From the NCBI GenBank assembly GCA_018398765.1, contig JAHBMJ010000516.1, forward strand, positions 1 to 45,984: 45,984 bases of DNA, given 5' to 3'. Shown piece after piece: positions 1-10,541 of this stretch (positions within the stretch are counted from its first letter, which is position 1; each line of letters opens with the position of its first letter). The notes beneath the pieces are model-generated. The model had not been told where the DNA came from, ran no database searches, and saw nothing but the letters and a program-made list of their open reading frames with translations. A program made the translations under genes and the position numbers. The stretch comes from Chromera velia (taxonomy: Eukaryota).

Positions 1-1323
1 CGCTTCCTAGAAGGTTTGATGACCATCTAAGCCAGATTTCTAGGACCTGGGACTCCCGGCTATAAGTTGAATAACATGGTTTCTTTTGAGTTTTTGTATC
101 TGACTCACATGATTTTTTGTTTATTTTTTGTAGCTACAATTACTGGACAACCGGTAGGGCCTTCCTGCTGTGTCAATCCGTTGCCAGAGCTAGCAACACA
201 ACACGGGCTCACATACATAAACAAAGAGACTGGCTGCATGTATGCAACAACGCTTGCAGATCTGAGGTGAGCATCGAGGCCTTCTGCCTGGAGAAGTTCC
301 TCAGGAGCGGGGCAAACCAGACGAAGTCAGGCAGCAAAATGATTTTTTGCACAGGATGAGGGAGGCCGAAATGAAATCGGTGTAATCACATTTAGATACT
401 GAGAAAGGGGGAAGAGGGAAGGGAGCAATTAATCAATCAAATCGAGCAATTAATCAATTAATGAATTGGTTCTTCGAGGGAGGCGGGCGGTCCAGTGCGT
501 TCAGTCGGTCGATTGGTCGAGCAAACGAACGAACTGTATCAAAGAGAAATCTAAAAGTATCTATTCACACACAGATCAGAGCAGGGCAGAGCAACATCGA
601 GAGGCAGAGGGCAACTCACCGGTCGATTGATGAAGCGAGGTACGTGTCGATCAATCTTCCCGACATGCGACTAGGCGCTCAGCGTTTATCGTTCCTGGAA
701 CGCAGGGATCGACTCGATCCTTGTCTGCCAGAAAAGAAGAAAATCAAGTATCAAAATCGCGTCATATTTGCCCGTCTCTGTGTGCGTGTGTGTATGCGTC
801 GACCTGTGTCTGAACAGGCCTGTCGGAGTCATGCATGTGGTTCACTTTTGCATCACAAGAATAATTCAATAGTGGTGAGAGCGACGCCAACTGACTTACA
901 CATATATATACATATGAATCGACTGATGGATTGCAGAATTAATTGATCAATCGATATGAAAATCGATTAATTTTTTCAAAAATTCTAAAGTCTGGATTAT
1001 GCTGAAGCAATATTGTAAGACGGATCTAGAGACAGATACATACCTACGTACAAATATGCATATATAGCGAAAGCGTATCATAGTTTAGGTGATATGCATT
1101 AAGTCTAACATTAGGTCATAGTGATATACTCAAATTATGCTGATCTGACATATTCAAAAGTTATGCGTCTCTGCATAAATCCTCGTTATACTTACAACTG
1201 ATTCTTGAACTGAACGAATAGCCTGAGCCGCATGAACAGTATTTACAATACTTGCCAGGGTTATCCAGGGGCCAGGGCTAGATCCCGGGTTACCATACGT
1301 GTATACCATACATATCCGTATGA

Positions 1324-1799
1324 CAAAACTGGGTTAAATTCTACCCAAAAAATTCATGAACCCCGGAGTGGAAGTTACAATAGTGGAACCTCAGTGGACC
1401 TTATAATCTAGGCGCGATTCTAGTGAAACTCACGAAATTAGCAAAATCCAGAAAGGTAGATCCCATGGCAAATTCCACTAAAATCTACATATACCTGGTG
1501 TGCCATACCATATTCTATGAATAAATTCTATTTACACAAATCTTGTAGTGTTATACATTAAAGTGTGGCAGTCTTAGTGTGCATTATTATTGTACAAAAA
1601 AAAATAAAAGATGAGAAGCTTAAACTGAAAATGCTAAAAGATCTTTACTAAACATTAAATATTATTAGTTTGAGCTTCTCATCTTTTATACTTTTTGCAC
1701 AACAATTATGCAGACTTTAATGTGTTACACTACAGGATTAGTATAATCTTATCAAATTCTATACTCTTTAAATTATCGAAGAATTTAATCCAGTTTTGC
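1324..1799. mobile_element. AT-rich foldback/MITE-like element with nested inverted repeats
   Basis: Inner arms 1539-1632 and 1661-1739 are reverse complements (e.g. ataaaagatgagaagcttaaact / agtttgagcttctcatcttttat). An outer pair is caaaactgggttaaattct (1324-1342) / agaatttaatccagttttg (~1780-1798). No ORF. Confidence 0.55.
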
Positions 1800-3070
1800 A
1801 AGATACAGTAGGATAATGTAGTTGCCTACTAGCTGGATGGTTATACAGCCTGAGGATGGTTATAAATCTAAAAATCTAGGTAAAAATTATGCTCTTATAT
1901 ATATCATTATTTTTTTAACGATAAATTTGATCTAATTTCACATAAAACTTGATCATTTTACAAACTGGCTAACAAACTGGCAGTACGTGTGCTAGGCAGT
2001 GTGGCACTAGTCATTAGAAGTGAAATGCAATGTTAACTCGAAGTATATACACAAGTTCGGTACACAATTCAGCTTCACTGCGCTTGTTGGGGTTCAATCC
2101 AGGGCTCAACTTTGAACACGAGATCGATCGATCGCCAATGAATGAATGCCAACATATTAGAAAGAACGTCGGGACCCGCCAGGAGTAGTCTGAATTGAGT
2201 TCCGCCCGTCATGCAACTGCCTGCGAGCAGACAGCTAGTCAGACAGGCGTCCCGCTGATTGGACTCAAAGGAATCTTGCCAGCCTGTCATTCCAAGAGAC
2301 CGCCCTCATCCACCCCCCCGAAGAGAGGGAGAGAGTCCCGGCTTTTCTGTTTACCGACCGGCGCCGCTGAGGCAACCCCCCTCTAGGGATGTATGTATCG
2401 GCATCTCAGACCTTCCCCCCTGCGTGGAAGCGAAGACGCCAGAGAGCGTCCTCACAGTGTGGATGCAGGGACAAGCAGGCTCTGGCAGGTCCCGAAAAGC
2501 TTTCAGTAGAAGGCTCATTCTGCTCTCTCTTTCGCTCTCTCGCGCGCTTTCACCGATTCTCTGTCTCTCTGTCTCTCTCTCTCTCTTTCTGCTTTTTCTC
2601 GCTCTTTATCTTTGTCCCGGCCTCTACCTTTCTTTTTCTTTATTTCTCTGCGCACAGTTGAGACTGATTAGTGACTTGACCTTCTACAATCTTTCCCCTT
2701 TCTCTCTTTCTCTGTCTTGTCAGTTTGATTCTCACCTTTCCTTCGCCTACTTCCCTTGCCGACTCTCTCTTCTTTGGGACTTTCTCTTTTGTTGTCGCTT
2801 CTCCTGGCCCTGAAATTGAAAAGCCTTCATGCAGGCACCTCCCCCCCCCGCATTCCTCTCCCTTTCCCTCTCTCTGTCTTCCTTTAAACACCTCCCTCAT
2901 CTCGATGCTTCAGAAGATTCTCCATCGCGCCATGTCTGTGCATCGTTTGTGTCTTTCTCTCTTCCCACAGACGCACTCTTTCCCTCCGTCGACCGTCGCG
3001 CTCTCTCTTTCTTTCTCTTTCTCTTTCTCTTTCTGCCGTGATGTGCACCCCCCGCTGCCAAATCAATCAA

Positions 3071-5800
3071 TCAATTTGAAACTTTCTCAGGCAGCATGCG
3101 GACTCCGATCAGAGCGTCCCGAGAGAGGAGACCCAGGAGACGGGAGTCCTCCCACCCCTCTGTACCAGAGGGACGCAGGGGGACCACGAAGTACCTGCAG
3201 GCACGGGAATGGGATAGCAGAAACAGGAAAAGAAAGGGGAATATTGTTCGATGAACGGATGCGTTGACGGTTTCACATTCTCCTTTTGAAGCCGTACAAA
3301 CAGTCTGCGCAGAAGAGAGAGAGAAATCAAAGAGAAGCAAACTTTGACAAAAGGACAGAAGAATCCAGGGGGTACACGACGGGCACAGAATGAATGCCCA
3401 TGCATCAAAATGGATCTGACGCACCAGCAAGCTCAAAGCCGTGACAGGACAAAAATGAAGGATAGACAAGACACCCAGAAAGATCGAATCACTCCTCCCA
3501 ACAGAACTGCGTGACACGACAACCAAAGAGCTCCTTTCGTTCACTTCCACGACTTTCTCTGTACATATCTATCTATCTATCTTTCTGCCCCCCCGCTTTC
3601 TTATCTTTTTGCTCTTGCTGAAAGAAAAAACCCTTACTGCATGCCTTCTGACCTGAGGTCGCTCGTGGAGTCATGCACCTCCATTGCCACTCGCTGAGGC
3701 ACACGCGTCCCAAATTCTTCCAGGACTTTCCGAGGCTCTCTCACCACCCGACTCCTGTACCCCCTCGCCTTGTACCAGGACGGGGCACGACCCAGAAGGG
3801 CAGAGGGGTAACAGCTGCACCCATGCAAGAAATCTCAGAGACAGACAGACAGACAGACAGACAGGTCATCCATCGGTGAATGAGAGTGAGTGCAAACGAG
3901 TCAGTGTGGTAGCCAGTGCATGGATCAATCAGTGGGGGGGAGGGAGGGCACGGAAGATTTGGAACAAGAGCTGATGCCAAAGAAAAACGATCTTCCAGGT
4001 TCCCCACGTCATTCTGATACCCGCCCTATGTCCTGCTCTCGAACAGTGACAGCATTGGAAACGCGTGACCTCTGCCAACAGCAGAATGGTGCATTGACAG
4101 GGGTAGTGCAGGAAAAGACCTACCAACCCAGTTTCGTCCTTTTCCCGCTCAATTCGGAAGGAGTCAAGAACTGACCTGCAGAGGGTGCACACGACCACAT
4201 GGTGAGTCTGGTCGTCATCGAACAGCGCCACCAGTTTTCGGAGTTCACCCATCTCGACTCCCATCTCCCTCACGGCACTGGTCGCGTCTTTCTTCAGTCG
4301 GTCTGCAAACTCGGGATCCTTCCACGCCCGCACAACCACACGCAGCCCTTCAGGGTCAGCCTGGGTCGCCTCCTTTTTCTCCACGGACTTGTGCAGCTCT
4401 TCTCTGGTGACCAGACCTTTGGCGATGACGGCGTTGATCAGAGCCTCAGCTATGGCCTGCGGGGCTCAGACATAGGAGGGAGAAGAGTATGCAGAATGCG
4501 TGTGGGTGTATGGATGTGTTTCTTTGCGTGATTTTGTGTTGTACTTGCGGAGAAGTCTAGTCGTGAGGGGGCAAAAGAAAAGAAAAGAAAAGAGAAGAGA
4601 AGGGAATGCCCTCAATTGACGCACGCACCTGTCCCGTCACAGGGGCGCCCTCCTTCTCGACAGCGTTCCTCTCTGTCTCTTCTCTGTCTGCGTGCTCGTG
4701 ATCGTGATCGTGCTCGTGGTGGTCATGCTTGTGCTCTGCGTCTCCGTGTTTCCCCTCTTCCTCTTCGCTGTGCGTCTTCATTCGTTTCCTCAACGGCTCT
4801 TCCGCCTGTTCCCCTGTTTCCGCTGAGGAGGAAGACGAAGAGGAAGACCCCGCACCTGTCACTTCTCCCGCTCCCTTTGAAACTGCAGGAGGCAGACGGA
4901 AGTACGAATGAGAGAGGGGGGGAGGCGGATCAACGTGAAAGAACTCACGAGAGAAGGAATGCAGGATTCCTGAAACTCTAGCTGAGTTTTGTTCCATTGG
5001 ACCACCCATGACGCTTCCAAGAAACAACGAAGAAAAAAAGAGGCCGCGTTCATGGCCAAAGGATAACGGGACCAAAAGGGGCAGACAGAAACGAAGAAAG
5101 ACAAAATGCACGGATGTTTCAAAGTCGGTCCAGAAAGACTAAAACCGCGACCAAAAAAAAAAAAACGACCTGCATCTTCAAGCCAGTGTTCGTAAATCTC
5201 CACGCTCACGCAGTCCTCTGCCTCCCCCCCGTAGTGTTCCCACAGGTCCCCCTGGCGGAATCTGACCAGGTACTCCCGGGCTTTCCTTGGTTGTGCCTTG
5301 CCAAGGGATCCCACCACACTGAACGCCAGAGCCTCGCTGTTATCCTTCTCTCCGAGTACACGGGAGACGGTTCCACAGGCCCCAAAGAGATATCCTGGGG
5401 TACGGAGATGGGGTTTTCTCCACCTGCACCTGTACGTCTCCTCCTTCACACGCACACGGTCCCCTTCTTTGAAGGGAACAGAACGGGGGGGGTCGTGGAG
5501 GAGCTGGGCGTCGATATCATCGGAAGAGAGAGCACCGAACTGGCAGAGACCCTGTGCAAGGGCACACGCCCACTTCGCGTAATACGCAAGGGAGTCGTAG
5601 TCCTTTGGGAGAAGACTTTCAATGTTCCTTCGGAATTGGTCCAAATTCAAGAGGCCCTTTTGGAAACACAAATCCGTCAGAGCGTCTACCTGAACTTCCC
5701 AAAAAGCACAGGGTGCGTCTGCAGACCCGCAAAGGCCAAGAGAAGGAGCATCCGTCCTGCCTCCTGTGTCGTGAATTCCTCCGAATCCGATGTGGGACAT
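3071..5800 (-). CDS. Eukaryotic-type fused nitrile hydratase (beta subunit - His-rich linker - alpha subunit), cobalt-type; 5 exons, ~483 aa
   Basis: Hand-spliced GT-AG exons 5800-5170, 4882-4629, 4456-4176, 3814-3653, 3194-3071 give 1452 nt, open to TGA. Beta motifs: GIHDTGG, LDQFRRNIESL, YYAKW, FKEGDRVRV, HLRTPGY, VEIYEHWLE. Alpha motifs: RAWKDPEF, VVCTLC|SCYP (metal site), PSWYK..YRSRVVREPR, VHDSTSDLR|YFVVPLRP, RDALIGV. Confidence 0.95.
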
Positions 5801-6565
5801 GTGGTATTAATATTTTTTCGTTTTCTAGACAGAATTCCCGGAACCGTCTCCGGAGACTTGCAAGAGAACAGATATCATATTTCAAATTCGCGGCTCCTAC
5901 ATTTTTTTTACCAACCTCGCGTTCTCTCACGTATCACACCACTGCGAAAACAGTCCTCAGATGGACTCTTCAAAACAGTGATCAAGGATGTTGACGATGT
6001 GCAAAGCCGATCTGGTTCTCTTCCAAACTCGACTTTGCACCAGAATTGTGATGAATTGTGTGGGTCCCATATGGATCCATATGGTCCCAACGTTCCGCAC
6101 GCATGCAGCATGCGCGCCCGGCGGCGCCATGGCGGCGCGCGCCATTCCGAGCTCATGCAAAGATCTGCAGAGGAGACGGCCATGCAGACGCGCCCAAAGA
6201 TCTTTTTTCGATCCCTCCTGTCCATATTCCTTTTGTCAGACTGCACCGCCGATTCGCGCCGCGAAGAAGCGCCGTGAATTTGCCTCTTCCGAAGTACAGA
6301 GTTCGTCTGCATTCCAAAGTGAAGCGATTTCCGTCATCTGTGAGGATTCGTCCTTTGCTCTTGGACTCCTGTCACCCTGAAATCGAAGCCAGAGGAGACC
6401 CTTGCAAACAACACGTTTGCACGAACACTCACCCAAGCGGCCTAAGCCAGGCAGCAAGGATGAAGACTGTCACAGTTCATCAACAGTGGCAGCTTCCTCA
6501 TCTGTAGGGACACGCCTTTCTCTCTAGCTAGCTGCAGGCCGAACTTCTACGTCTGTCCTGCCAGA
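5801..6565. promoter_or_regulatory. Putative bidirectional promoter, NHase / TKL kinase
   Basis: ~765 bp between divergent start codons, with a CpG-rich core gcatgcagcatgcgcgcccggcggcgccatggcggcgcgcgcc at ~6101-6143. Confidence 0.5.
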
Positions 6566-7365
6566 ATGGAGCGAAAGAATTCTGTGCTCACCGAGGAGGT
6601 CGTTGAGATTGACCAGACAAAAAAGAAGAAAGACATCCTCGCTTTGAAGAACGGAGTGGGCCACAGCCGTACCAAAAGCCTTCGCCTTCGGGTGGTTGCC
6701 CCAACGGACATGGCGGCGGTGGCCGACTTGGTGGCGTCCTTCGTCCAGCAGATCGAGCTCGAGTTCGATGGGACGCACCTCAAAAGCCCCACCAAGCAGG
6801 CTGGTCAGTCAGCCCTACAGGGAGGGACAGGGGAAGCAACCGTGGCTCAGGGTTGTGTCCGCTGCTCCTAACGTCGGAATGTTCCAATACCTGCACATCT
6901 TTCATCGTCCATTCTCCCCGTCGATCTGTTTGCACCCCCTCCCTTCATTCTCCTGTTGGATCTGTTCTGCGTGTGCAGACGCGTTGATTAAGGTGCTGAA
7001 CAAGGCGCAGAGGGTGCAAAAGGTGACCTTCGTGCGCTGGCCTCCGGACGGAGAAAAGTTCGAAAATGTGCTCAAGGCAGTGGTCCCATCCGAGCTGTTG
7101 TCGGTCAAAATCGAGGTGCGCAGCCAGTCAAACCGGATGGATGCACACTCTGACGCTCTCCCTCTCTCTCTGTCGTTTCATGGCATGATGTGCAGGGGGT
7201 TTTGCTGGAAGTTGGTTTGTGAGTGGGAGTCTGCATTTTCATCCGTCTATCTGTGGCTGTGCGCGTGCGTCAATCCAACCTCCTCCTTTAACAAAACGTG
7301 TCCGTATCGGTGTGCTCCTAGTGCTCCGTTTGTCTGTCCGGTCGCCTTTCTTGTTTCGTCACATA

Positions 7366-7425
<60 letters not shown>

Positions 7426-8929
7426 CGCGCGCGCGTGCGTGCAGAATGTTCCGGTGTCAATGAAGGGCCTCTCTCAACTTCACCAACAGCTGTGCAACCC
7501 CTACTGGGCGAGTGAGCTGATCCTGGAGGTCTGTTGGTTTGTCTGCCGAAATCAATGCTTTTCTTTTGGAGACGTTCTTCTCTTTCTGTTTGTAGGTCTG
7601 TTTTTGGTTCCTCATGGTTTCCTTCTCTCTTTCTCTCTCCAAAACGATGCATGGATCTCACATGATCATGTTCAGTGTCCTCTTCTGCGTATGGCATGCA
7701 TGATCGAAAGTGTGCAGAAATGAGTGAGGCTGCAAGGTCACTTTTTCCTTTTGTGTTGTCCTTTTCTGTTTGCAGGAGATGTCCTTGGAAGGGTCAAAAT
7801 TTTCTCTCATGCTTGGAGGGGTCCGTCAGTCCGTCGATCCGTCTATATTCCTTTTCCTTCTTTCTTTGTGTCTCCCTTTTCCTCTCAATTCTCTTTCCCT
7901 TGCTCCGACAAACTGATCCTCTCGCGTCCTTTCTGCTTCAAGGCCTCTTTCCATGCTTTGACACGTGAGCTTGTCCCAGGGGTCGTTTTCTGCTCTCTCC
8001 AAATGAGAAGAAGCGAGTTTGCGTACAACAAACTGCCTTCTGTCTGGCCTCGGTGACCCCCCCACATTCGCCGCACTGCTCCTTCCTGAGTCCAATCGAT
8101 GCGCTCACAACTCTTTTTTGAATGCAGACTGAAAGGAAGTGTCTGAATACATTTATTTTCATACAGAATTCTTTCATACAAAATAAATGCATGCATGCAT
8201 GAATGCAGACTGAGGAGAAGTGTCTGAAAAAACTGAAGCTTGTCAAGATCACCCCGGCCCCTCTTCCACGCCAGGTCGGCCGGCGGGGCCGTAGCTCTCT
8301 CTCTCCAAGCTTTCTTTCTGCTTTTTCCTTCCCTTCCCTGCACCCACCTAGGATTCTTCCTTCTCAAATTGGATTCTTCACTTCGTTTCTCTTGTCCTGT
8401 TTTGTCTATCTCCTTGCGTTGTCTCTACTTTGTACCTCTGCATGCCCGTGTCATCTCGAGAAAAGTGAATGATCTCCCCAGAAAGAACACTTCTTCTCAT
8501 GTCCTGTGATGTGTTGCTTCATTTGTGTGCAGCTTCACACGGTCCTTCCCCCCATGCGCTCTCGGCTGGAGGTCCTGGAGATTGCAGAGTGCGGTCTGCA
8601 GGATGGGGGGTTCTCTGCAGTCCTCCAGACTCTCCTCTCATCCGAGAAGGGCAACAAAAAGGAAAAGGAAAAAAGGGCACGAGGGCAGGAAGCGAATGCG
8701 GCAGCGGCAGCAGCGGGAAGACGGGACCCGATTCTGTCAACCCTTTTGCTGCCCGACAATTCTTTGACTTCCAAGGGTCCGTCTATCTGTCTTGTCTGCA
8801 TATTCTATTGAGCAAGCCCGACAGTAAGAATGGAAACCGGATGGATTTCTTCGTGGATCCGTGGTAGAGGAAAGGGAGATGATCGTTTGTCTGATGCATT
8901 TTTTTTTGGGGGGGGGGGGGGGGGGGGGG

Positions 8930-8963
<34 letters not shown>

Positions 8964-10500
8964 TTAAATTTGATTATTCCGTGTTTTTCCCTATTTCACC
9001 ATCCGCTTTGGGTTTCTTCCCCTTTTGCTTTCCTCCGCTGCCTCTCTTTTCGTCCTCTGAGCGATTCAGTGAGAGTGAGTGTTACAAAAGAAGAGCGTTT
9101 CGTCTCTCCGCCCTTTCATTTTTTGTGCAGCTATCGATGCCCTGAACGCGTGCCTTGTGAAGGAGAGACAGTGCTCTCTCAAGATAATAGACGTCTCTGG
9201 AAATGCGGTGGGTCTCTCTCTCTCTGGAATGAAGATCCGCTCTCGATTCCGTTCCTGAATCTTCCTCTGACAGTCTGCTTTTTCTTTCTTGGCCCTTTTT
9301 GTCTTCCGAGCAATCATGGAGTGAGTGTTGTTGCAAAGTGAGCATCTGAAGGGAAGCTTCTCTTCTTTGTTTTTTTTTCTTCTTTCTCCCTTTTCTTGTT
9401 TTCCACAATTAATCTGCCTCCCTGTCTACCTTTCTTGACTCTCTGTCGCCTCGCCCCTCCACGGTTCGGCTTGATGGATTCATTGATTGATCAGTTCATC
9501 GGTCCGCTCCCATCGAAAATATCTGACAGGCTGGACTGCGGACTCGTTGACCCATGCACTGGCGCTTTGACTGACTATCTGATGGATGAACTGCTTTCCT
9601 GCGTACCCGCCTGCCTGCCGTTGCAGATCGGGTCCGAGGGCGTCGAGATGCTTGCAGCTTCGTTGAGTGACTCTGGATGGGGTCTGAAGAGTCTCTCGAT
9701 TGACAGAGTCGGTGCAGGGGCACAGGCTCTGTGCAAGCTCGCTGTGGCTGTAAAAGGACACAAACACCTCGAGGCTCTCTCCTGTGAAGGTCAGATGGGC
9801 AGACGGATAAACAAAGCGACAGACAGAGAACGGACGTGGGTCTTTTCTCTTAATTGGCAGATGTGGTTCGTTCCTTTTCAAAAATTCAATCGCCTTTCTC
9901 TTTAACATCAGGATGCCACGACTGTCGCCTTTTCGCGTTCGCGCAAGAACGACGAGTTTATTTGTATATGCGTATATGTGCAGGCAATGAGATTCGGAAA
10001 AACGAGAAGAAGCCACTTGCTGACGCGTTCGTGGCTGCGCTGCGGGTCCCCAAGGTTCCTCTGGAGGAGGTCAGGGGGGTCCCTCTGCAATCGATGAGCG
10101 ATACGGAAGGTGAGTGAGCCGGGTGCCTCCAATTGATTGACTCATGGATGTTATTCATTTTCATTCATGCTGAGTCCACGGCTTGCAAGGAATGCATGAT
10201 ACACGATCAATGCCGTCTCGGTTTGCAGTCAATCAGTTCGCAGAGACACAAAGAGCAGAGTGAAAGAATTTTTTGTGCGGTCTTGTGCCTGTGGTCTGCT
10301 GAAGAGACGAGATATGTGAATGGATGATGGACCCATGAAGGGTCCAATTAAGACAGCATGCTTCAATAAGTGAACGAACTCAAAATAAACGAACTGACGC
10401 TGCAGCGTTGAAGGCGATTCTCCAGGCCCACCCCCAGGCGAAACAGAACGGAGAGGCGCTCGGACGAGCTGTCAAGGGTTCGTGGTGTGCTGTCATCTAC

Positions 10501-10541
<41 letters not shown>

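Noticed and set aside
67..946. Short ORFs at the window start
   Set aside because: No recognisable domain or consistent exon chain; may belong to a gene or repeat outside the window.
2075..3066. GC-rich ORFs downstream of the NHase stop (possible activator gene)
   Set aside because: No P14K/activator or CobW-type motifs; more likely 3' UTR or low-complexity sequence.
5114..6277. 387-aa plus-strand ORF
   Set aside because: Antisense shadow of NHase exon 1 running into the promoter; no recognisable motifs.
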